A stretch of DNA of 64,000 nt from Eledone cirrhosa (GCA_964016885.1 OZ024742.1:172980001-173044000); one strand, 5' to 3'; counted from the first letter of the stretch, positions 1 through 13,960 are shown. Program-made: numbers and translations. Notes: generated by a model not told the origin, from the sequence alone.

Positions 1-254
1 AATAGTTTTATTATTCATATATATTATCATTTAATCTCAGTATATTAATCATTTACTTTTATAACCCTCAGGTTCCCCCATAATTCTTTTTCGCTAGCAT
101 AATTCCATACACATTCCTTAGAATTTGCTGTATAGAATTCACTTTCAACGCTTGACCGGCTCCAACCACTCCCCCATTGTTCTACAGGCAAGTTCAACCA
201 CACCCACCTACCACCTAACGCCATGCAAGACTTAATTATGTTTAAAAGAAATGT

Positions 255-346
255 TGACCAATCCTTTTGACAACTATAACCCTTCCCGTATAAGGAATTA
301 CTCCTGAAAATTTCGGCTATTTATTGCCACGCTAAAAATTAAACAT

Positions 347-351
<5 letters not shown>
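255..351 (+). mobile_element. Family A (HHR-bearing PLE-type 3' end) fragment ending at (TA)n
   Basis: 255-340 is the reverse complement of ~470-555. The 3' half of the HHR is deleted and the fragment abuts the (TA)n tract. Confidence 0.6.
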
Positions 352-408
<57 letters not shown>

Positions 409-416
409 AAATGTTT

Positions 417-512
417 AACCCCGACAGCAGAGCTCAAGCCGTTTCGACGGCTATTTCTGGACTAAATTAGAATTTTTAGCGTGGTAATAAATAGCCGAGC
501 ATTTCAGGGGTA
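417..512 (-). ncRNA. Type I hammerhead-like motif, family A (degenerate core)
   Basis: Minus strand reads ACCC-CUGAAAU-..CGGCUAUUU..AAAUAGCCG-UC-GAAA-CGGC(UUGAGCUCU)GCUG-UC-GGGGU. Stems I, II and III pair, but the core deviates from CUGANGA. Confidence 0.6.
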
Positions 513-559
513 ATTCCTTATACGGGAAGATTATAGTTGTCAAAAGGATTGGCCAAAAT

Positions 560-742
560 TGTGTGTATGTGTGTATGTGTACATGTCTCTATAGAGATGT
601 TTTCAACTTGTACAAACATGATTTGGCACTGATTCTCCCTAGGCATTTAGACTGAAAAACTGACCACTAATTGATTTAACATATGTCTTTAACCCATTGA
701 TATCAAAAGGTATTTTGTTAGCAGCTCGTGTGTATTTGTAAG
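560..742 (+). mobile_element. Family B dispersed repeat end abutting (TA)n
   Basis: Reverse complement of ~2643-2826. Confidence 0.7.
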
Positions 743-753
743 TATATATATAT

Positions 754-792
<39 letters not shown>

Positions 793-796
<4 letters not shown>

Positions 797-1925
797 TGGA
801 AATCAGTAAAATCGAATCTCTGGCGTTTTGCAAGTAAATTCGGCCTACTTATATGAAGTGATGAGTTAGCAAAGCACTCGATAAGATAGGTCTCAGAGTT
901 ATAACATACGTTTAAATAGCTTGACAAATCGAACATTGTGGTAGGCTAAACTAACACACAATATATACCAAAGGTACGATAAAACTAATCAGGTTGAGAA
1001 AAATACACCTGGACAAATCAAACGTGCATTTGAGTGTTTCTCTGACTCCGAAATCAAATAACAGACATACTTGAATGGCAAGGTCGTGGTATTGGTGACT
1101 GAACAGAGGACTCAGTTTATCAACAGGTTTTTGTTCTGCTTAGAATCAGGAGTGATAAAATATGATGCCGCTCTTATGACTGATAATCGAATCTATATTT
1201 ATCACGTGTTAATTCCGGCAAGGGAAATAACGCCTGGTTTTTGGCGGGTCAATTCAAATGCTAGCGAAAGGAAATATTTTAATTTCCGCTAATCATCATG
1301 ATAAGCTCTCGACTAGAAGTTATAAAACTAACACAAATAATTAACCAATCAACAGAATTTTCCAATTAAATTAATTGGTTAATTATTAAATCTAGGAGAT
1401 TAATATAATTGGAAATCAGTAAAATCGAATCTCTGGCGGTTTGCAAGTAAATTCGGCCTACATATATGAAGTGATGAGTTAGCAAAGCACTCGATAAGAT
1501 AGGTCTCAGAGTTATGACATACGTTTAAATAGGTTAACAGATCGAACATTGTGGTAGGCTAAACTAACACAATATATACCAAAGTAACGATAAAACTAAT
1601 CAGGTTGAGAAAAATACACCTGGACAAATCAAACGGGCATTTGAAGTGTTTCTCTGACTCCGAAATCAAATATCAGACTTACTTGGATGACAAGGTCGTG
1701 GTATTGGTGACTGAACAGAGGACTCAGTTTATCAACAGGTTTTCGTTCTGCTTAGAATCAGGAGTGATAAAATATGTTGCCGCTCTTATGGCTGCTAATC
1801 GAATCTATAGTTATCACGTGTTAATTCCGGCAAGGGAAATAACCCCAGGTTTTTGGTGGGTCAATTCAAATGCTAGCGAAAGGAAATATTTTAATTTCCG
1901 CTAATCATAATGATAAGCTCTCGAC
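793..1925. repeat. Tandem repeat, ~614-bp unit, ~1.85 copies, bounded by (TA)n
   Basis: taattggaaatcagtaaaatcgaatctctggcg occurs at 793 and 1407. Both copies extend to ...aagctctcgact. Confidence 0.9.
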
Positions 1926-2063
1926 TATATATATATATCGAGACAGTGTGAGATTTTCTTTAGAACTGCTGGACTAACAACCTAGCAGTTCCCTCAAACA
2001 CTGATGGTGATTATCGCTAAATATTGATGTTGATTTGGTTATCAATATTAATATTATTGGTCA

Positions 2064-2186
2064 CCCACTGAAGAATTATAAGAGCCCACTTGAATAAGTA
2101 TCTGTTGATCTTATACAAGCTTCTACATAAATTGGTATAATTTCACCCAACTTGTAGAAATCTTATAGTGAAACGAGTCGTCTGGG
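2064..2186 (+). ncRNA. Type I hammerhead ribozyme with ~77-nt stem II insert
   Basis: CCCA-CUGAAGA-AUUAUAAGA-[77 nt]-UCUUAUAGU-GAAA-CGAGUCG-UC-UGGG. The core is intact and the cleavage triplet is GUC. Confidence 0.8.
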
Positions 2187-2359
2187 AAGTGATATGTTTG
2201 ATATATCTCATATGAAATGATACAGCCAATTTTCCACACGATACAATTAGTTAGCACCCCGAACGTTCAATTAGGAATATACTCAGGTATTTCCGAATGT
2301 TTGTTGAGTGAGTTGGAATTTGGCCGGAGTATCACTATTAGGTTTCCCCGATTATGTAT

Positions 2360-2642
<283 letters not shown>

Positions 2643-2782
2643 TTTACAATACACACGAGCTGCTAGCAAAATACCTTTTGGTATCAATGGGTTAAAGACA
2701 TATGTAAAATCAATTAGTGGTCAGTTTTTCAGTCTAAAGTCCCTAGGGAGAATCAGTGCCAAATCAGTTTTGTACAATTTGA

Positions 2783-3333
2783 AAACATCTCTACAGATAC
2801 ATGTACACATACACACATACACACACTCCCAGATATATATATTGAGTGAATGTTAAAGAACAAAGATCATTATTGAAAGTCTCTGGATGTGTATATTCGC
2901 AAGGTACTTTATATTTCTTTTATTGCAGAAGTTAAGTAAGGTGACTTGAATACCCTATTCTAAATAACTGTTTCTACTTTAGGCACAAGGCCAGCAATTA
3001 CCCAGTGCATTACTGGTACTTTATTTTATCGACCCCATAAGGATGAAAGGCAAAGTCAACCTCGGCCTTTCATCCTTACGGGGTCGATAAAATAAAGTAC
3101 CAGTAATGCACTCGGTAATTGCTGGCCTTGTGCCTAAAGTAGAAACAGTTATTTAGAATAGGGTATTCAAGTCACCTTACTTAACTTCTGCAATAAAAAA
3201 AATATAAAGAACCTTTCGAATATACACATCCAGAGACTTTCAATAATGACCTTTGTTCTTTAACATTCACTCAATATATATATCTGGGAGTGTGTGTATG
3301 TGTGTATGTGTACATGTATATATAGAGATGTTT
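2783..3333. repeat. ~270-bp inverted duplication centred in a 5'-truncated SINE
   Basis: 3066-3333 is the reverse complement of 2783-3051. The SINE 3' half lies at 2969-3067 (-) and 3066-3150 (+). Confidence 0.9.
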
Positions 3334-3686
3334 ATTCTAAATAACAGTACACTATATGTTCGCAATTATTTAGATATTCAATTATAACATTCTGTATTAA
3401 TATTTAGTATTACTGTATACAGCCAGTAATATGTACAGTATATATACACTATAATTAGTAAAAATTATTGATTTTTTCCGCAAAAATGCGATGGCCCTTC
3501 TGTTTTCATTTATTTATTTTTTGATAATTTTATTTATTCATTATAAGAATAAAATGATAGCATTCTACTTGTTGTTCGGCCCCCTTTTATTTCCAGGCAA
3601 CCAATATTTTTAGACCCACTCTGCCACTCTGTGTTAGTCTGTGTATTTCTGTTTGTATATCTGTGTTTGTTCATGCCTGTACGCTA

Positions 3687-3717
<31 letters not shown>

Positions 3718-3744
3718 TGTGTGTGTGAGTGTGTGTGTGTGTGT

Positions 3745-3789
<45 letters not shown>

Positions 3790-4962
3790 TTGTGCGTGAG
3801 TGTTGTGTGTTTTCAAGGTATGTGAACTGCTCACTGAAATCTAGGGTATTTCAGTGTTCCACTGTCGTGAATATAAAGATTAATATGCAATATCATATTC
3901 TTGTCTCATTTAAAGATGCATTGAAATACAGAAACTATATATCTTATTCTTAACTATTTAAATTAATTTGCGGCAAACATATAATTCGAGTAGTTTATTG
4001 TTCTCAACACACAATATATCATATATTCTAGCAGCATATCAACAGAGGCAACCTAAAACATGCAGAGGTTTATTTTGTTATATAAGGCAAATCTAATTAA
4101 TCATATTCAGCTCAACGATTCAAATATAATCAATTAATCAGGTAATCATCCAGATTCTACATTTTCTCGTAAATGTCATGTTTTACTAAATATTTAACAC
4201 AAATAAGCTAGATCGATCAGGACATTTCTCAGATTGTATACCTTAAACTATGAAATAATAAGTGAAAGTGCACGCCATACTGCTTAGAATGTAGAGTCAA
4301 CAGTTTTAATCAGCAGTTCGATTCCCGTACTGGGCAGCACGTTGTGACATTGGTCAAGCTACTTAATTTCATATTCCTGAAATCTACTCAACAGTAGCAA
4401 ATTATTTGCGACGACACTGAGGCGAAGCTGTATTAGGCATTTGCCTTTCTTTAGACAACATCTGCATGTAGAGGTAAATACGGGTGACTACTAGTCTTCC
4501 ATAAAACACCTGGCTCACACTATTTCCTGGGAGAAAAGATTTCCTAGTTTAAGAACCTGTTTTGTACCGGGGAAAAGGAGCCTAAAAACGAATCAAATGA
4601 TCTTGAAATGATTATAAATCCAAAATCATTGTTAAAATATCCTTTGACATTTCGGTGTTCCCTGAGAAACAAATCTGAGTCTAGAATTCAACCAATAGTT
4701 AGTGAACACCTTGCATCTCACCAAATTTCATAATTTGGCAATGCAGATGAGGCCAAACAATCATAAATGAAGTTAAATAAAGTCTAAAATGTTACAGTCA
4801 ATAACTATGTGTTTTATGATGATTAAGCAATTAGGCATGGGTGTTCAGTAAATGAGTTAGCTTGGCAATCCCGTATATCCGGTTTCGTTGCGCTGACCAA
4901 TTCTTTGAGAGTGAAACCTAGTAGATGGAAACTGTAAATGCGAGTCGTATATATATATATAT

Positions 4963-5040
4963 ACTAAAATGACAGATTACAGTTTAAGCAAAGAATCGCT
5001 GCTTTAACCCTTAAGGAGTCCTCTTCGGACTTTAGTCTTC
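4963..5040 (-). mobile_element. Family D 3' end with HHR-like motif (CCGAAGA)
   Basis: Reverse complement matches 16607-16675 and 61859-61927. Confidence 0.6.
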
Positions 5041-5080
5041 ACATTTGTTATTATTATATATATATATATATTATATATAT

Positions 5081-5124
<44 letters not shown>

Positions 5125-6188
5125 GTGGGAAGCATGTTTAAGCTCCCGGTATGTTGGTGTCATGCTTGTAAACGATTCAAGGTCAAACAGTTCGATATAT
5201 ACAATATTCGCCAACCAAAAACAGCTAAATCACACGAAGGCAGCGTCACAGCATGGCTGAATTCAAGTGATTGAAATAATTATAATGAGATTTACTAATA
5301 TAGGCAGAACAACTACCCGAGTACTGAATTGGTACTTTGTACCATAGAACACGAAAGGATGAATGTCAATGTTGACATTGATTTGAACACAGAACATAAA
5401 AAGCCCCCGGGGATAACACGTAACATTTTAATTACTAAATTCGGCATAGGATTCGCAATCATTGGAGAGAGGAGCGTCAATTATATCGAAGCCAGTACTA
5501 GCTGGGGCTTTATTTTATCTCCTCAGGAAAGATGTTATGCAAAGTTGACCTCAGTATAATTTGAACTCAGAAGGTAGGAATTCATAACTATATATCACAA
5601 AATACTTTGTCCAACATTCTACAGAGTCTGCCAATCGAATAAACTTACAAAGAATAAGAATTAAAATAATAATAATATAAAATCTATGAAAAATAAACGA
5701 GAAATTCATATGACGTCAAATAGGATTATATATGTGAACCACAGTTTTTCTAAAACGGTATTGATTGATATTCAGCACCATGATATTTGTCAAAACTAGT
5801 AAAATTACGGAACTAAACACTTGATATTTGAATAAAGAAAACAATTTTTTAGCAGAAATTTAAACACTTCACTTCAGATAATATTAATCTCTACACATCG
5901 GTTAACAAAGTTTGCAAAATTGTACAAATTTAACAAGCCACTAATAACCCTAGATGATACGTTATGTAAATGTATACATATATACAAAGTATCGCCATGA
6001 GAGAATACATGTGTATTATAACATCGATATCAATCGGTTACAAATTTATAAATGTTATGAAAACATAGTCATATCTCAAGGGACTATATACGAAAAAAAC
6101 ATATAGGAAAAAACAGTTTAAAAAAAGAGGTTTTGAGATATTTACATAATTACAATTATCTATAGTGATGCAAAATTATGTGATGCGG

Positions 6189-6228
<40 letters not shown>

Positions 6229-6236
6229 TATATATA

Positions 6237-6267
<31 letters not shown>

Positions 6268-6411
6268 ATATATACATATATACATATATACATATATACA
6301 TAATGCATATCTACGCACATACGTACACACATACACACATGCGTACATTCATATATACATACTTATATACATACACATACATATGTGTATATACACACAC
6401 ACACACACGCC

Positions 6412-6491
<80 letters not shown>

Positions 6492-6556
6492 CACACACAA
6501 GTACATACACAATTGTGTGTCTACATATACAAGTAGACAAATATACATATATATAT

Positions 6557-6622
<66 letters not shown>

Positions 6623-6834
6623 TACTAAGTGTTGCAAGGGTAAAAAGGTAATCACGCAACGTTTGTGAAGTATCGGTATTAGTTGATCGAAGATTTATAT
6701 AAATTCCAATGTTTAAATAATGTAAATATGTATTATAAACACTCTCCCATCGGCCCACATACATGTGTTGAAATATATATAAAAACATAGAAATATACAT
6801 CTACATTCTCTATGTATCCATGTAACTCTCCTTG

Positions 6835-6933
<99 letters not shown>

Positions 6934-7523
6934 CTCTCGCCCTCTCCCTCTCTCTCTCCCTATATAAATATATATATATATATGCATCCATCCATACAGG
7001 CGCTCCTTGGCTTCAAGACTGCAAAAGACAATGGCATATGAGATATGCCAAATCAATAAGACAGCGCTGTAAAGCGTGTAATGAAAGAAAGCGTCTCCAT
7101 GGAAAAGTATGATAACGATATTTGAGTTGTTCATGAAATGCTATACGTGGGCTGCCGGCATCCCGGAAGATGCAACCTAACGACATCCTATATATTCTAT
7201 ATAAAGATCTAGCAGCTAACATATGCCTCGGTGTTAGATAGAACTGATAGTTTAAAATACAAAGACCTATATAATACAGTAGAATTGTATTGAAGACATT
7301 TTATATCATATATATTTATTATAGATCCCTCCAACATGTAAACAGAGGAACGCTGTTGAATTTTATATAAAACACAGGACATTCTTGTTTTGTTAGGCAC
7401 TTTTATAGTTTCATCCCGTTTCGTTTTCGTTCGACCGAAACCAAATAGTGTTAAAAGTGTCTGTCTCTCTCTCCCCCTCTCTCTGTCTCTCTCTCACACA
7501 CACACCCATTCTCTCTCTAATAT

Positions 7524-7610
<87 letters not shown>

Positions 7611-8199
7611 ACTATTCAAGGGTTAGTCCGCCTTGGGGTGCCGGTGGACAGGATGGAGGTCTCACACCTGAGTGTAGCCAACTCCACCCGAAAGCCAGAC
7701 TTGGTGCAGAGACGAAGAACATCGGAGGTTTCCACTGCAACAGACTCAACAAGTAATCTATAAGAGGGATATAATTCGACAGTTTGCCTTCTTCGGCCTG
7801 TTAAAGCCAGGGCTTGTAGCCATTGGTGTAGGTGTCGCAAAATGTAGCATACCGATGGAGGGCCTTTTCGCGCGGAACGGAGAATTTTTCATATTGTCTG
7901 GCATATTACCTTTTTTCTCGGGCTAGCCCCGCTGGCACGAGTTGGTAAGGGAGGCATGCGTCTTCTAGAGAGAAAGGAAATAAGAAGAAAAGTCAAATAA
8001 TGAAAAGATGCGAAATATCCGATGGCATATCATCGCTGCAACCTGCAGACAAAATGACTCAGAAGCAGTAAGGCTTTACTTCAATTGTATATTTAACACA
8101 ACGTCAAATCTCGAAAAATACAATACTTATAACAACGGAAACAGGGCACACATACATACACACACAGACACACGCGCACACACACACACACATACACAT

Positions 8200-8230
<31 letters not shown>

Positions 8231-8321
8231 CATATATATATGTAAATAGAGAAAGAGAAGAGAGGGAGAGGGTGCCCCATTATTATCGTAAACCCAACGA
8301 TATATATATATATATATATAT

Positions 8322-8472
8322 TTGAAAAAAATGAAAAGAATGACTTCACTTGTAGTGTTAAAATATTTATGATTTAATGTTATAATATTATAATATTATA
8401 TTATTATAACATTAAATCATACATTTTTTTAACACTACAAGTTAAGTCATTCTTTTCGTTTTTTTCAAATAT
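8322..8472. repeat. Fold-back mini-element between (TA)n tracts
   Basis: tttgaaaaaaatgaaaagaatgacttcacttgtagtgttaaaa pairs with ttttaacactacaagttaagtcattcttttcgtttttttcaaa. Confidence 0.85.
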
Positions 8473-10116
8473 ACCTAACTGTACCATGGATCTCGCACAT
8501 TTTCCAATATATATATATATATATATATATCCATCATCTGATACGATAATGCTTTACTCATATCTTCCTACTCATTATAACATGCCCATCTCGCAATTCT
8601 CTTTCTTTTGCCTGTAACTATCGCATACATCTACTCTACCATCGCAGTGCTGGTTCTCAATATTTTGCTGTGTTTTCTTAGGCCTTATTAAAATCTTCAC
8701 CGCGTACAGCATTATAAGATTCATCTTTAATTAAACCTATGCAATGTTGAGTCGTGTATTCCTTCCATTTGTACTTCCATTAATACCATTCTCTAATAGT
8801 TTTATATCTCTTATATCCCTTCATTTTATTATATCACTCTCTTTCTCTCTCCTCCATTCTAAATGTTCCTATAGTCTCTTTTCCCCGACATTCAATTTCA
8901 TTCAGATTCGTTAATCTCATGCTTTCTCCTCATTTATTTAAAATCTATTTTTTCTCAGTTCATATTTACAAATCTCACTGCTCCATCTATCGTTTCCTTT
9001 TTATTATGTTAACATAACCTCTCTCAAGCTGTCTTTCTCTACCTCCCTTACTCTCTCTATCATCCCATTTCCCTCACCTAGTATTTATATATCTATAGCT
9101 TTTTTGTATTATTTGTGTCTTACTAGTTCACCTCCTGCACTCTCTCATTGTAACTATTCCTTTTTCTCAATTCTTTGTTCTCTGCTCAATTTTTCTCGTC
9201 TGGTTTTCGCAAATCTACCACAATCATTTCTTTTAACTGACCCTGTAGAACGCTCCCTCTTCCATTTCACCCTCTCTCTTTATCTCGTTTCCTTTCTTTC
9301 TCGAGCTCACTGTTAATGACAGAATCGCAAATCTAGAATAGACTCTTCCATAAGTTGACCCTCTTCATATCAGATAGGCTTCAGCGTTAAACTGAAAAAG
9401 GTGATTGATTTGAATCCTAAATGTAAAATGCAACTTGCCGGGGGTGATATTTATACCATAGGGGGGCATAATAAAATGCATACTACGCGGACTCCGTTTA
9501 ACCTATTGAACAAATATTATTCCTAGCTTTTAAATGGATTGCCTCATAGTTTTTGGCCATGCACACCACAGTAGCAACAAAGGGCACTTCGATATACTGA
9601 ACTCCCAGAAGGTTCATGATGCATTTATGATTTCGTATGGGCGACACAAAAAAAAACGGAACTAATTTGTAATGTCATTTCTGTGGAGCCCCACGAACAA
9701 CACTAAACTGAGAACAAATTCATCTTTTCCTTTCACTTCAGACTAGATTTGCACATGGAATATGCTAGTAACTATCCGACAGCAAGTTAAACAGCGAGAC
9801 ATCGGAGTAAACTGGTAAGCATATCACCAAGTTTCCTGCCATTATACATGTAATGATAAGCTACTACATAAAAGCAGAAGCTAATAAATGAAGGTTGTCC
9901 AATATCTGGCCTTAGAATTTCAAACCGCCAAACAGTTCCATCAGGCAACGATCGGGGGAAACACGAATGCAATAGCAATACAATTAAAGAATTACACTTG
10001 CACAGGTATTGATTCCTTTAATCATTAAATATTTATAGTATATAAAAACACACACGTAGCAAAAATACTTATATATACACATAACGATTTATATTATTAC
10101 ACACACAAATATACTT

Positions 10117-10202
<86 letters not shown>

Positions 10203-10203
10203 C

Positions 10204-10266
<63 letters not shown>

Positions 10267-11014
10267 CATACATGTATATATTTATGTATAAATATATGTA
10301 TATATATATATATGAATATATATAGGAAGGCATATATATCCATATATAGATAAACGAACCCATACATACATACATAGATACATATAGATCTTAACAAATA
10401 GAGATATTACCAAAAATATAAAATAATGCAAATATTTTATTAGTTATTTTTATTTCAATATTTTATATATATATATTTTTTTCCAATATTATTTTCGTTA
10501 TGAGAAATCGAAAGCAGTCAATGAAGTTGAATGCTGTTTTGAAAAACCAATTCTGATAGGCTGGCTCACAGTTATACCCCCAAAGTCAGTGAAATAGACC
10601 AGAATAGCATTGTAATCTATTTTGTGTTGTTATATGTATTTTTTCTCTGTATCTTTCTACAAGCCAGCTATCAAGTCGGATTAAAGAATTGATCAACAAA
10701 AATCCTTAAGTCATCTGTGGACGAAAACATAGATATTAGAAATTATTGCTTCTTGTTTATTAATTTTATTGTTCTTTTATCTATTGTATTTTATGAGAAT
10801 TTACATTCGTGGGTTTTGTTGTTGTTGTTGTTGTGGTTGTTGTATTTCTTCTATAACCCATGTTTCTATATAGACCTTTTTCGTTGTTCCATTGTGTCTT
10901 TGCTTCTTGTTTGTATGTTATGTGTACTCTTAGATATTTTTTTTTATTTCAATTGTTTTCCCCTTCCATCAGTAGTTCTTTGTATAAATTATATATTTTA
11001 TTCAATTATTATTT

Positions 11015-11087
<73 letters not shown>

Positions 11088-11146
11088 GGTGTCTGTGTGT
11101 GTGTATGTATATAAATGTATGTAAATATATGTATATATATATACAT

Positions 11147-11598
11147 CCTAGAATTCTGCCTTGACAAAGGCTAAGGGGTCATCTCTCCTGGTGATTTTCG
11201 ATGGCCATTGACTCTTAAGAGATCCTTTGCCATTTGACAGGAAAACTCTGATATAACATATGCCGCCCTGGTGGTATCCAATGATGTTGACTTGTTCTTC
11301 TTTTTGGTAAATATCATCTTGGTTAAGAGAGTGGGAATGGCTTTGAGCAATGCCTTTGCTCACTATAAAAGTTTCACGGCACTGGCATTGCTTTATATCT
11401 GGAGATCTCACTGCACTTGTCACATGGTAGCAAGAGCCAAGTACTATGTGTCAGTAATTGTCACAAGTGTAGTGTTTGTACCAGAATTTTCAAGTCGCTG
11501 GCTGGACTAAAAAGTCACACTCGTTCAGCGTATCGGTAGGGGTTCTCCTACATGGATATAAAGTAGTGGCCATACTCGAAAGCGAGTTGGCAGCCACC
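11147..11598 (+). mobile_element. Non-autonomous retroposon-like repeat with 3' stem-loop and 5' inversion
   Basis: 11240-11598 matches 28790-29151, with the same end (..gcgagttggcagccacc) before (TA)n. 11147-11183 is the reverse complement of 28749-28785. Confidence 0.75.
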
Positions 11599-11618
11599 AT
11601 ATATATACATACATATAT

Positions 11619-11709
<91 letters not shown>

Positions 11710-11819
11710 TTATATATATGTATATTATATATTTATATATATATGTATATATATATATATCCATATATATACATATATATATAAACTTATATATATATAT
11801 GTATATATATGTATATATA

Positions 11820-11894
<75 letters not shown>

Positions 11895-12042
11895 TTATAG
11901 GCACCCGTTTTACGTGTGTTGTGTTGAGGCAAATAAGTATGTGTATATACTGGTAATGTATCTTATATTGCCCATTGATTGCGCTGAGATACAACCGGTA
12001 CTGGCATTGATAAATATGGTGGGCCCGTCAACCCCTTTTATT

Positions 12043-12095
<53 letters not shown>

Positions 12096-12153
12096 ATATA
12101 TATATGTATAATTATATAAATACATATATATATATAAATATTTATATATATAA

Positions 12154-12237
<84 letters not shown>

Positions 12238-13169
12238 GTGTATGAGTGTGTGTTTTTGTATGTATATATATGTCAAACATATACATATTTATCTATATAT
12301 TTGTATCTATTTATTTACACGGTGAGAGTTATAGTATGACTGCTGAGCTCGTGCCTCTTCAACAGGAACTACAGGCTTGGCCAGAATTCATAACTAGCTT
12401 GTTAGTTATACTTCTTAACATGCTTATTATATTGTTATTGTATTGTTTTCATTCATTATTTTATTTAGCAAGTTACTTAATTTATATTTTTATTTCATAA
12501 TATTGTCGTAAAGCATGTCAACTTATTTCAAGAAGGTTTCAAGCCTGTGTTGCAACTGAAGGAGGCCAGGTTGACCCCGAAACCGAAAAGAAAGATTTAA
12601 CTACGCAGCGCATTAATTAAATGTGTACATTTGTGTGCTTAGCGTATCTAGTTCATGATCTTATGCCTGTATATGGTATTATATTCCTTAATTTGTTTTA
12701 TAACATTTTGTGATAATACATATATAAATAATCAAGTGAGTCATGAATTCTGTCCGACGCTGTGTATATATATATATATATAAAGAAATATAGATAGACA
12801 GTTAAGAGGATAGATACATTTATATTAAAGCGTGCGAGACAGTTTGTCTATGTATATGTGAATGACAATGTTTATAAATGGTTCTCTGTACATTACAATC
12901 ATATTTCCATGCAGTTTCTGCAAAACGTCGTTCAGTAGGAAAAAAATGTGGATTTAATTATACTCCGTGCTGGACGATGACATACAGTACACGACACATA
13001 TATATATATATGTATGTATATTACATATACTAGTTGAAAAAACGCCTTTCATGTGGTTTTCTGCTAGCATATATAGTGCGCATATTGGTATTATATATGC
13101 ATATAGATATATGTAAATTGACAATATTCTGTTCTTCTTCGCCCACTTATTTCTGATTGGGTCGCGGGG

Positions 13170-13960
13170 GCAGAGTCCTTTTCAAATACTCCTTCCAACG
13201 AGTCTGTCAGAAGCAAACATCTCTAACTGATCCAGGTGGATCCCAAAGCGTGACCAGCCAGACTCATGGATGTTATCTAACTACCTTGCTCAGGGTCTAC
13301 CTCTGGGTCTCTTTCCGGTTGGTTTTGCATGTACAATCTGTACAGCGATTCTTTACTGAGACATTCTAACCCCATGCTCATAATATCGGAGTTGTGATCT
13401 CTTAATTCGGAGAAGTGGCGGCTCTACCAAGAGTGACTCTCTGGTCTCTGAGCTAAGCACATTATTGAGTGTGGATTGGCAGTATCGGTAGAGGGTCGGT
13501 CACCATGCTTTCCAGCATAGTTACGTCCATTTACGATCTGAGTTCAAATCCCGCCGAGGTTGAGTTTGCCTTTCATCCTTACGGGGTCGATAAAATAAAG
13601 TACCAGTAATGCACTGGGTAATTGCTGGCCTTGTGCCTAAAGTAGAAACAATTATTGAGTAACGTTACTCCTAAGAGCCTTCAGCAGAACACCATTTATG
13701 CCGCTTATATTTGCAATTTTATTCTTTTGGTCATTACCCAAGATTCATGATCCTCGGTAAGTGTTAGCAGGAATACCAGGAAGAGAGCAAGTTTGGCTTT
13801 TACACCTGCCCCCTTCTTCTAATTGCTGAATATTGAGGCTGGCGCATTACTCCATCAACTTTTGCAATTCTTGCATTTAATTCAGCCTCCTCCTTTCCTG
13901 AACACGGTCCCAATATACTTGAACTTCCCTAACTGCTTAAGCAGAACTCCATTCACATGT
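13170..13960 (-). mobile_element. RTE-like LINE fragment (RT C-terminal region), decayed
   Basis: VNGVLLKQLGKFKYIG motif in ORF 13882..14094. A related copy lies at ~53880-54280. Confidence 0.6.
13471..13655 (+). mobile_element. tRNA-derived SINE (Meta-domain-like core) with 10-bp TSD
   Basis: A box tggcagtatcgg, B box gagttcaaatcc and core gcctttcatccttacggggtcgataaa. TSD attattgagt at 13461 and 13651. Confidence 0.9.

Noticed and set aside
1071-1904. Two similar 73-aa and 99-aa ORFs
   Set aside because: They are by-products of the tandem repeat, with non-ATG starts, differing 5' frames and no recognisable motif.
5945-6040. HHR-like taacc-ctagatga...gata..tc-ggtta
   Set aside because: Both core strands deviate and it is a single copy, so it cannot be distinguished from chance.
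7616-7980. GC-richer stretch with a 74-aa ORF
   Set aside because: It has no recognisable motif and is probably an unclassified TE fragment.
9320-9990. Possible decayed Pif1-like helicase (LFGGL / DIGQP on minus)
   Set aside because: The motifs lie in different frames and are too short to support without an HMM search.
11270-11598. Giant hammerhead spanning ccaatga ... gaaa in the 11147 family
   Set aside because: There is no valid NUH site, and the GAAA is better explained as the loop of a local terminal hairpin.
12555-12590. ctgaagga...gaaaccg HHR-like motif (also ctgacga at ~58907)
   Set aside because: There is no convincing stem I or stem III pairing.
13471-13560. tRNA gene
   Set aside because: The A and B boxes belong to SINE heads; there is no cloverleaf, and SINE core, tail and TSD follow.
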